Positions 55,070 to 62,393 of a stretch of 64,000 nucleotides of DNA are shown here, in pieces. A program made the translations under genes and the position numbers. Positions within the stretch are counted from its first letter, which is position 1; every line of letters starts with the position of its first letter. This DNA comes from an uncultured Bacilli bacterium (lineage in GTDB: Bacteria; Bacillota_I; Bacilli_A; RF39; UBA660). The stretch spans positions 6,252 to 70,251 of the forward strand of contig CALVRH010000003.1 of NCBI GenBank assembly GCA_944358535.1, read 5' to 3'. Under the pieces are notes generated by a model that saw only the letters and a list, made by a program, of their open reading frames with translations, had not been told where the DNA came from and made no database searches.

Positions 55070-55744
55070 TTATATCAAAAATATAAGCCATATTCCTAAA
55101 GCTATAAATATGATGAATAGGATTATACTGGTTTTACTGATGCTTACTTTTTTTAAGTTATGTTTTTCTAATTCCTTTGTTTGTTTAATATATTTTAGAC
55201 CAAATAGTTTGGTTTTACTTAAATCTTTGTTTGTATATAGTCCAAAAGCCATTGGATTATCATATTCTGAGTATTCAAAGTCTTTTAATTTTAATAGATC
55301 CAAAAACATGATTAAGTCAGCTGAACATCCTGATATATTTAAAATGGATAACCAAATTAAGACAGTATTGTTTGTAAGAATTCCTATGATATAAGTAATA
55401 ACACCAATTATGACGAATGGGAATAATAAAGAAATTAAAATATTTCTTTTACTGATATTTTGTTTACATAAACAACATAGTATCCCCTTCTCTAGATGAG
55501 CACCATAGGTAATGTTTTTGAATTTGGCGCCATTAATAACGTAAGCTAGACTGTGCAGTAGTTCGTGGAGAATTAGATATGGAATGATAAGTAAAAATAT
55601 TAATTCAAAATCTTTATCAGTCATAGTAATCTCATTGGAGAAATAGAAAGTTATAAATAGCATAATAATTAAAAATATAACTGATATTATTTGGAGAGTT
55701 ACTCCATTCATTTCATATACATAATATTTCTTTTCTTGATTCAT
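55070..55744 (-). CDS. DUF3267-like membrane metalloprotease candidate
   Basis: Polytopic protein with an HExxH motif in LHELLHSLAY. Confidence 0.55.
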   Translation of the reverse strand: MNQEKKYYVYEMNGVTLQIISVIFLIIMLFITFYFSNEITMTDKDFELIFLLIIPYLILHELLHSLAYVINGAKFKNITYGAHLEKGILCCLCKQNISKRNILISLLFPFVIIGVITYIIGILTNNTVLIWLSILNISGCSADLIMFLDLLKLKDFEYSEYDNPMAFGLYTNKDLSKTKLFGLKYIKQTKELEKHNLKKVSISKTSIILFIIFIALGIWLIFLI

Positions 55745-55760
55745 TTCCAGGCTCCTATAA

Positions 55761-56282
55761 TTAATTTAGTGACTTATAAAGGTTAAGGATTTCTAGCATT
55801 TCTTTAGTGATACCTTTTTTATCACCATATTTTTGTACATTTTCCTTTAGTTCTTCTTCAACATCATTTACAGGAATATATCTTAATTCAAAGTTTCCAT
55901 CTTTTTCGCTTTCAGTATATTCGGTATTATTTAGGTTTGGTTTTTCATCAGTTTTAAGTTCATAATAATATATTTCCATTTTTCGGTTTTTACCTTTTTC
56001 TGGCCAGTCTTTATAGTAACTTATCATTTTGGCAAAAGGATTAATATTCAAATGATTTAAGACTATTCCTGTTTCTTCTTTTATTTCTCTTTTGATTGTT
56101 TGAACTAAATTTTCGCCTTTTTCAACATGTCCACCTGGAAATTGGTAATCACTATGAGAATAACCTAATAAAATTTCTTTCTTAGAATTGGTTATTAATA
56201 ATTTAACTCTTTTTACTACTTCTGTGACATCTGTTTCTTTTAAATTGCTTTCATTTCTAATAATTTCTTTCATATCAATCAC
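55761..56282 (-). CDS. NUDIX hydrolase
   Basis: Complete Nudix box GGHVEKGENLVQTIKREIKEETGI. The track start is GTG, and ATG at 56273 is an alternative. Confidence 0.85.
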   Translation of the reverse strand: MIDMKEIIRNESNLKETDVTEVVKRVKLLITNSKKEILLGYSHSDYQFPGGHVEKGENLVQTIKREIKEETGIVLNHLNINPFAKMISYYKDWPEKGKNRKMEIYYYELKTDEKPNLNNTEYTESEKDGNFELRYIPVNDVEEELKENVQKYGDKKGITKEMLEILNLYKSLN

Positions 56283-56394
56283 CTTTTATAAAATTTTTTT
56301 CAAAATTATATTTTTTTAGTGTATCAAGAGAAAAAACAGAATTTTCTCCAGCCGCTTTTGAAATTGTATGAATATGAAGATCAATTTTTTTCAA
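56275..56394 (-). pseudogene. 39-codon fragment resembling the N-terminus of a PHP-domain phosphoesterase
   Basis: Hand translation from TTG 56394 (RBS AGGAAGAG) gives (M)KKIDLHIHTISKAAGENSVFSLDTLKKYNFEKNFIKGD, then a stop. IDLHIHT is the first PHP metal-binding motif. The ORF is far too short to be a domain. Confidence 0.3.
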
Positions 56395-56459
56395 TGTAAT
56401 CTCTTCCTATAAATTATTTTATCATTCCTTGTAAAATTAATAAATATTTATCAGAAAAT

Positions 56460-56492
56460 TTACTAGGAAATTACTAGGAAATTACTAGGAAA
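56460..56492. repeat. Three perfect tandem copies of the 11-nt unit TTACTAGGAAA
   Basis: Read directly: TTACTAGGAAA TTACTAGGAAA TTACTAGGAAA followed by TGTG. It lies 40-70 nt upstream of the ATG at 56532. Confidence 0.9.
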
Positions 56493-56531
56493 TGTGATAT
56501 GATTAATTTGACAATAATTGGAGGTGTAAAG

Positions 56532-56687
56532 ATGATAGAATCCATTGAAGACTCAAGAACAGAATTTAAAGTTAAATTAGTGGATGACTTGGAAGAAACA
56601 GTTATAGCATTTTTAAATAAAGATGGTGGTATCATCTATATTGGCGCTGATAAAAATGGCAAATGGATTGTTATTGATAGAAAATAA
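56532..56687 (+). pseudogene. 5' fragment of an AlbA_2/Schlafen-type (divergent AAA / putative DNA-binding) gene, truncated after about 50 codons
   Basis: GGAGGTG RBS. MIESIEDSRTEFKVKLVDDLEETVIAFLNKDGGIIYIGADKNGK matches the E..EFK...AF.N..GG.I.IG N-terminus of AlbA_2 proteins, which are normally 400-500 aa. The frame stops at 56685-56687. Confidence 0.55.
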
Positions 56688-57032
56688 TTAGAACAGAAAA
56701 ATTGTAGCAATAAAATGCTATGATTTTTATTTTTAGAATGATTTTTATGTACTCCAAAGTTGCATAGAAGTTCGAAAAAAAATCAAATCCATTTCTGAAT
56801 TTGATATTTATCATAATGCTCAAAAGTTTGAGCAGATTCTTCTTTGGAGCGATAGTTGAGTGAGTACACAACTTTTTTCTCACATGAGGATGATATATAA
56901 ATCACCCATCTATATTTATTATATCATATATTTATTTTTTTTAAAGAATATTGTTAAATAATATCAAAAAATATGCTATAATTATTGTAGTTGAATATCA
57001 TTATGATATTCTTTTTTCTTTTGAGGTGTTTT

Positions 57033-57443
57033 ATGGAGAAAAAAATAAGTCATTTAAATATGATACAAAGTATTATTACTAGGATGGGAAATAACTCTTT
57101 CGCTTTAAAAGGATGGGCAGTTGGAATTATGATTGCTGTTTATGCATTTGCTGGGAACTCAAACGTTAAAGCTGTAATTGTAACTTTAATGCCATTAATT
57201 GTATTTTGGTTCATAGATACATATTATTTAATGCTAGAAAGAAAATTTAGATGTTTATATGATGATGTTAGAATAAAAGATGAGAAAGATATAGATTTTA
57301 GTATGAATCCGAATGATGTTAAGATAAACCTTGATGAAGTTAAAAAATATGGATTCTTTAGTATTTTCTTTTCAAAATCAGTTCTACCATTTTATCTTGT
57401 GTGCATAGCTACAACACTAGTAATATATTTTGTAAAATTTTAA
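57033..57443 (+). CDS. Small three-TM membrane protein (136 aa), first gene of the TIR operon
   Basis: The ATG at 57033 is preceded by GAGGTG. The track's TTG at 56991 is less likely. MEKKISHLNMIQSIITRMGNNSFALKGWAVGIMIAVYAFAG..AVIVTLMPLIVFWFIDTYYLMLERKFRCLYDDV..(charged linker)..VLPFYLVCIATTLVIYFVKF. An extended -10 TGcTATAAT lies at 56974-56982. Confidence 0.6.
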   Translation: MEKKISHLNMIQSIITRMGNNSFALKGWAVGIMIAVYAFAGNSNVKAVIVTLMPLIVFWFIDTYYLMLERKFRCLYDDVRIKDEKDIDFSMNPNDVKINLDEVKKYGFFSIFFSKSVLPFYLVCIATTLVIYFVKF

Positions 57444-57456
57444 AAGGAGGTAACTT

Positions 57457-58080
57457 ATGGGTAAAAAAATATTTGTATCCTATAAATATGCTGATAGTGA
57501 TGTACGTAAAATTACTAATGATTATTTTCATACAGATACTGTTAGAGATTATGTTAATAAACTAGAAGAAAAAATTGGTAAGTCTGACATTTACAAAGGA
57601 GAAAGTGATGATAATGATTTATCACAATTAACCGATGACTCAATTTGGAACCAATTAAAACAAAAAATATACGATAGTTCAATAACGATAGTATTAATCT
57701 CTCCAAATATGAAAACTTTATGGAAATCTGAAAAAGATCAATGGATTCCACAAGAAATATCATACTCTTTAAAAGAAATAACTCATAATGGTACAAGAAA
57801 AAGTAAATCAAATGCATTAATATATGTTATATTACCTGACAAATATAATAGTTATGATTATTTTATACAAAAAAGTTATTGGGATACAGAAACATATCGA
57901 TATGATAAAATATTTAGTATCATGAAAAATAATCTAAATAATTATAAATATAGCAGTGATATTAGTTATGCAGTAATTGTTAAATGGGATACATTTTTAA
58001 ATAACTATAGTACCTACATAAATTCTGCTATAAAGAAACAAGAAAATATAGATAGTTACAATATCTGCAAACAAATATAG
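57457..58080 (+). CDS. ThsB-like (DUF1863-type) TIR-like domain protein
   Basis: AAGGAGG RBS, 13 nt after the upstream stop. KKIFVSYKYADSD...SSITIVLISPNMKTLWKSEKDQWIPQEISYSL...ALIYVILPDKYN is colinear with the F-S-[FY]-x-Y-x-D, T-x-V-L-I and W-x-x-x-E-I blocks of Thoeris ThsB as I remember them. Confidence 0.7.
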   Translation: MGKKIFVSYKYADSDVRKITNDYFHTDTVRDYVNKLEEKIGKSDIYKGESDDNDLSQLTDDSIWNQLKQKIYDSSITIVLISPNMKTLWKSEKDQWIPQEISYSLKEITHNGTRKSKSNALIYVILPDKYNSYDYFIQKSYWDTETYRYDKIFSIMKNNLNNYKYSSDISYAVIVKWDTFLNNYSTYINSAIKKQENIDSYNICKQI

Positions 58081-58108
58081 AGCATTGTTGAAAATGCTCT
58101 TTTATTTT
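58079..58108. terminator. Bidirectional terminator shared by the TIR operon and the convergent ASCH gene
   Basis: AGAGCATT / AATGCTCT 8-bp stem with a 6-nt loop, followed by TTTATTTT. Confidence 0.65.
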
Positions 58109-58509
58109 AAATCTTTTTCTTCTATATTTAGGTTCCATAATCCTAATTGTCCATTAACTTCTTTATCATAATTTATTTTTTTAATGTTATTTAATTTCCA
58201 TGCATAACCAGTTCTAACTTTATTTCCGTATGCAATATTATTTTCAGATATTATTCTATGATTTAATTGTTCATCTAATTCTAGACAATCTTCTATTTCA
58301 ACAATAGCAATAATTCTTCTAGAAGGAAATTTCAAATTCATATTCTTATATTTTTTCATATCTTCTTTATCTATTCCTGTTCCTGCATGAATTAAAACTT
58401 TTCCTCTGTAATTAGTTTTCCAAGATCTAAATTCATATTTTTTTATTCCTTCTGCAACTAAAGTTGCCCAAGGTTGTCTTAATGTTAATACTTTCAATTT
58501 AATCACCAC
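58102..58509 (-). CDS. ASCH-domain (PUA-like fold) protein
   Basis: VLTLRQPWATLVAEGIKKYEFRSWKTNYRGKVLIHAG is the hallmark ASCH N-terminus. Confidence 0.8.
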   Translation of the reverse strand: MVIKLKVLTLRQPWATLVAEGIKKYEFRSWKTNYRGKVLIHAGTGIDKEDMKKYKNMNLKFPSRRIIAIVEIEDCLELDEQLNHRIISENNIAYGNKVRTGYAWKLNNIKKINYDKEVNGQLGLWNLNIEEKDLK

Positions 58510-58591
58510 TTATATTTTATCATAATTTTTATAAATTCTTTGAAGTTACTTAGGAATAACTTGAAAATATGGTATAATTATTTATAAGGTA

Positions 58592-59704
58592 ATGGTGATA
58601 AATATGAGTAAGATATACAAGACGATAGATTTATTTTCAGGTTTGGGTGGAATAAGAAAAGGTTATGAAATGACAGGTAGATTTAAAAATGTTTTATCTG
58701 CTGATGTAGATAAGTATGCATGTCTTACTTATAAGCATCTATATGGTGAAGATTCATATAATGACGTTACCTCAGAAGAATTTAAAGAAAAAGTTGAAAA
58801 AACAAATTATGATATTCTTTTAGGTGGATTCCCATGTCAAGCATTTTCTATAGCAGGTCTTCAAAAAGGTTTTGCTGATGAAACCAGAGGAACATTATTT
58901 TTTGATATTGCAGATATCATTAGAAGAACAAGACCAAAAGCATTTATGTTAGAAAATGTTGAAGGATTGTTAAAACACGATAAAGGAAATACATTCAAAG
59001 TTATTACAAGAGTTTTGGATGAGTTGGATTATAAAATTGTAGGAGTTGATTTTTGTGGCGACAATCCTATTTATAATTCAAAGGATTTAGTTAGAACTAC
59101 AAAAGATTTTGGAATTCCCCAAAAAAGAGCAAGAATATTTATAATGGGATTTAGAAGAGATATTATTCCAGATAATTATATTTTTCCTAGACTACCAGAT
59201 CATTCTGATAATAAGATATATAATAATTTATATGATTTACTTGATGATAATGTTGATCCAAAATATTATTTATCAGAAAAGTTATTAACTACACTTAAAA
59301 ATCATAAAAATAATCATTCTGCAGTAAAGTCTGGTTTTGGTTATATAGTAGTTAACGAAGGAGAAAATCCAGTTTCAAATACAATTATGGCAACTGGTGG
59401 TTCTGGAAAAGAAAGAAATTTAGTAAGACAACATCATAAAGAATATGATAACTTAATAGTTGGTAAAAAGAATCCAATTAATACTGAAGGCATAAGAAAT
59501 ATGACTCCTCGTGAATGGGGAAAACTACAGGGTTTCATCAATTATGCATTTATTGAAAATGGTGTTGATACTTTTTCTTTTCCTGAAGGAATTAGTGATA
59601 CACAACAATACAAATTATTTGGTAATTCAGTATCTATTCCTGTAATACATGAAATGGCAAAATATATGATAGAAAGGTTGGATGAATTTTATGGCGATGA
59701 ATAA
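58592..59704 (+). CDS. DNA (cytosine-5)-methyltransferase
   Basis: All the ordered m5C motifs are present: I DLFSGLGG, IV GFPCQAFS, VI ENVEGL, VIII QKRARIF, IX REWGKLQGF, X GNSVSIPV. The true start may be the ATG at 58605. Confidence 0.95.
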   Translation: MVINMSKIYKTIDLFSGLGGIRKGYEMTGRFKNVLSADVDKYACLTYKHLYGEDSYNDVTSEEFKEKVEKTNYDILLGGFPCQAFSIAGLQKGFADETRGTLFFDIADIIRRTRPKAFMLENVEGLLKHDKGNTFKVITRVLDELDYKIVGVDFCGDNPIYNSKDLVRTTKDFGIPQKRARIFIMGFRRDIIPDNYIFPRLPDHSDNKIYNNLYDLLDDNVDPKYYLSEKLLTTLKNHKNNHSAVKSGFGYIVVNEGENPVSNTIMATGGSGKERNLVRQHHKEYDNLIVGKKNPINTEGIRNMTPREWGKLQGFINYAFIENGVDTFSFPEGISDTQQYKLFGNSVSIPVIHEMAKYMIERLDEFYGDE

Positions 59705-60755
59705 AGGCGAATGGTCAGAATTATATGCAATTTTGCATATGCTATCTGAACCAGACTTAACAATTGTAGATGATAATCTAGAAGAAATAACTAACGAGCT
59801 ATATAGTGTTAAGAATTTATCAGTTAAAGAACAAGAAAACATTATTAAATATGTTCTAGAAAACAATATGGATGTACAAGTATATTTTAATGATGACATC
59901 AAACAACTTATCTCAAAAGAAGAAATATCCTTTAATAAAAAACTTATATTTGATGGAATCATTCATTCTATAAATGGTAATGGTGCTTTTGAAATATCTG
60001 GATCTAATGCAATATTATCTAAAATGACTCCAGATGGTTTATTAAAAGCATCTTCTTATTCAAAAGCTGATTTACAAGCTATAGTTTTAGATAATAGACT
60101 TGGTGAAGAAAAAGAATTAAAGTATAGTATTAAATCAAGTTTAGGTAGTCCTGCAACTATTTTAAATGCTAGTATGCAAACAAACTTTATTTATGAAGTA
60201 AATGGAATATCAAAAAATGATATAGAAAAAATCAATTCAATTAATACAAGAACTAAATTACTTGATAGAATAAAAATGATTAGAAGTTTAAATGGAGATA
60301 TTAATTTTGTAAAAGTTCAAAATGATAATTTTGAGTACAATCTTAAACTTATTGATAGTAATATGCCTAATTATCTTGGAGATGCTTTACTTAATTCATA
60401 TGAAAAAGATACAAAAAATTTAAAGTCATTATTTTTAATGTCTTCAAAATTTGATGATGAAACATTTGCATTAAAAAAATTGGGCGATTTCTTAGAAGGA
60501 ATAAGTTTTGGATTCTTTCCTAGTCAAAAATGGGATGGAATAAATGATGTTAATGGTGGTCTTATAGTTGTTAAAAGAAATGGTTCTGTCGTAATATTAG
60601 ATTTAGTTTATTACAAAAACGAGGTAAGAAAATATTTAATTGATAGAACAAAATTTGATTCACCAAGTACTACTCGATATAAAATGTTAGAATTATTTGA
60701 AAAAGACGGTAAAATATATTTTACTTTAAATCTACAAATTAGATATTCAGAATAA
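59682..60755 (+). CDS. Type II restriction endonuclease, HpaII-like (putative CCGG specificity)
   Basis: It overlaps the methyltransferase stop (an ATG at 59697 sits 5 nt before the TAA). The N-terminus NKGEWSELYAILHMLSEPDL and a length of about 350 aa match my memory of the R.HpaII family. No other motif was verified. Confidence 0.55.
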   Translation: MNFMAMNKGEWSELYAILHMLSEPDLTIVDDNLEEITNELYSVKNLSVKEQENIIKYVLENNMDVQVYFNDDIKQLISKEEISFNKKLIFDGIIHSINGNGAFEISGSNAILSKMTPDGLLKASSYSKADLQAIVLDNRLGEEKELKYSIKSSLGSPATILNASMQTNFIYEVNGISKNDIEKINSINTRTKLLDRIKMIRSLNGDINFVKVQNDNFEYNLKLIDSNMPNYLGDALLNSYEKDTKNLKSLFLMSSKFDDETFALKKLGDFLEGISFGFFPSQKWDGINDVNGGLIVVKRNGSVVILDLVYYKNEVRKYLIDRTKFDSPSTTRYKMLELFEKDGKIYFTLNLQIRYSE

Positions 60756-60769
60756 TAAAAAAAAGATGA

Positions 60770-62137
60770 TTAACGTTCATAATCATCTTTTTCTTTGACT
60801 TTTTCATTGTCCCAACCTGTAATTCTATCAAAAGTTTTTTCACTAATAATTTGATTATCATATAAATCACCAACAACTTCTGCATAGATATCTTCTTTAT
60901 CTTTTCTGTGGAACATTCTTTTTAAGAAATTAATTAGTTTTTCAAATAATTGTTGTAGTTCTTGAAGTTGAAATTTTAAATTAAAATTATCTTTTCTGTA
61001 TTCATCAATTTGTTTTTCTTGTGTTTCTACTTTTTCACTTAAAGAATCTACTCTTAATTGTAATGCATCATTACTTTCTTTTAAGTTTTTAATTCTTCTA
61101 GAATCCTGTCTAGCTTGTTTAGTAATAATATTTAAGTTTGCTGATAATTCTTTTACATTTCTATACTCATCAGTTGTTTTATCAACTTTATTAATATAAT
61201 CTTCTAATTTATTTTTTTGTTCTTTAGAAATGATAAATAAATCATCTCTTAAAGGAACTTTTTTAAGTTTATTTATTTCTTCTTTTATATTATTAGAATT
61301 AGTTTTTAACTCTAATGAATTATTACTTATTGAATCTATTTCTTTTTGATGTTTTTCAATTAGTTCTTTTGTTTCTTGGTAGTTAGTCATATCAGCTACG
61401 TTGATATCTCTATTTCTACCTTTCATTTTTTGTTTTAAAGTTGCATCTAGGTTATATTCTTTGTTGTATTCTTCGATACATAAAGTTCTCATTTTATCTT
61501 GTAATTGCATTAAAGAAGTTCTAGTAAATACATCGGTTTTACCAACTTGTTTACTCATACCAGTTTTACAATTATATTTTATTGGAACACCTACAATATG
61601 CATATGAGGACTTGTTTCATCATAATGAATAATAGCACTACATACTTTAAAGTTTGGCATTAACAATTCTAAATCATCAACTTGTTTTGAATAAACATTA
61701 GTCATTTTATGCTTATAATCTAAATCTTTTGTATCCCAAAATTTCTTATCTCCAAGTTCAATTATAATCTCACAAGCTAAATCACTTTTAGAATTCTCAC
61801 TTACTTTTTTGAAGTAGTCATCGATCTTCCTATCATCTCTAGTTTGTTTATTATTGTATTCTAATCTTGCTTCTTCAAATTCAGTTTTATAAAAATCTTC
61901 TACATCTTTGTAAAGGGAAGAAGTACCTTTAACGATTACAATTTGTTCTTGTTCGTTATCATATTTTCTATAATTATGCTTATCACATTTTGATAATGTT
62001 TTAGCATTTTGTATTCCGTTATTAGTCATTGAAGTAGTTCCACTTATATTATTTTTAGCAGAACTTCTAACACTATTTTTTCTATTCTTATTACTACCTA
62101 AATGCAATGAATATGGAAGTTCACTTATAATAATCAT
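60770..62137 (-). CDS. MobV-family (Mob/Pre) relaxase
   Basis: HxxR (KHNYRK) and HxDExxPHxH (HYDETSPHMHIVGVP) motifs, followed by a long C-terminal coiled coil. Confidence 0.85.
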   Translation of the reverse strand: MIIISELPYSLHLGSNKNRKNSVRSSAKNNISGTTSMTNNGIQNAKTLSKCDKHNYRKYDNEQEQIVIVKGTSSLYKDVEDFYKTEFEEARLEYNNKQTRDDRKIDDYFKKVSENSKSDLACEIIIELGDKKFWDTKDLDYKHKMTNVYSKQVDDLELLMPNFKVCSAIIHYDETSPHMHIVGVPIKYNCKTGMSKQVGKTDVFTRTSLMQLQDKMRTLCIEEYNKEYNLDATLKQKMKGRNRDINVADMTNYQETKELIEKHQKEIDSISNNSLELKTNSNNIKEEINKLKKVPLRDDLFIISKEQKNKLEDYINKVDKTTDEYRNVKELSANLNIITKQARQDSRRIKNLKESNDALQLRVDSLSEKVETQEKQIDEYRKDNFNLKFQLQELQQLFEKLINFLKRMFHRKDKEDIYAEVVGDLYDNQIISEKTFDRITGWDNEKVKEKDDYER

Positions 62138-62186
62138 CTCCTTTCTTATGGCTTAATTTTGGCTTGTCAAAATGTATAACCCCCTA

Positions 62187-62300
62187 GATATCTTGTCATG
62201 CTAACAAGATATCAGTGGGCTAAGGAATATTCCTTAGAATCCTTTATGCAATACTTTGTAATGAAACTATGTACTACATACTTTCAAAACTTCGTATTGT
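62187..62300. other. Candidate oriT region upstream of the relaxase gene
   Basis: Perfect 10-bp inverted repeat GATATCTTGT-N7-ACAAGATATC (62187-62213). It is followed almost immediately by the perfect 18-bp palindrome CTAAGGAATATTCCTTAG (62220-62237) and two ATACTTT motifs (about 62251 and 62278). The nick site is not identifiable by eye. Confidence 0.4.
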
Positions 62301-62393
62301 ATGGATGAAAATATTTTATCTTCATAAAACATTTTCTTTTGTAAAAATGCTATCGCCACTTTCATTACTGCGTAACAAAACGTGCCACGCATT

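Noticed and set aside
56460-56492. Possible CRISPR array
   Set aside because: This is an 11-nt unit repeated head-to-tail with no spacers, and no cas genes are present. It is not CRISPR.
56671-56883. Minus-strand 70-aa ORF, and an alternative start-less frame (..EKKVVYSLNYRSKEESAQTFEHYDKYQIQKWI), in the junction region
   Set aside because: Neither frame has an RBS or start context or a motif I recognise. This is probably debris at the element end. I considered a transposase fragment but could not support it.
56991-57032. TTG start proposed by the ORF track for the 3-TM protein (adds MNIIMIFFFLLRCF)
   Set aside because: The ATG at 57033 has a proper GAGGTG RBS, and the TTG lies only 9 nt after the -10 element. 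The extension is unlikely to be translated.
57554-57817. Minus-strand 87-aa ORF inside the TIR-like gene. Likewise 59627..59962 inside the R-M genes, 61401..61607 inside mob, and 48012..48359 and 48909..49091 inside GT2
   Set aside because: All are antisense or out-of-frame overlaps of genes with clear motifs. All have low-complexity products.
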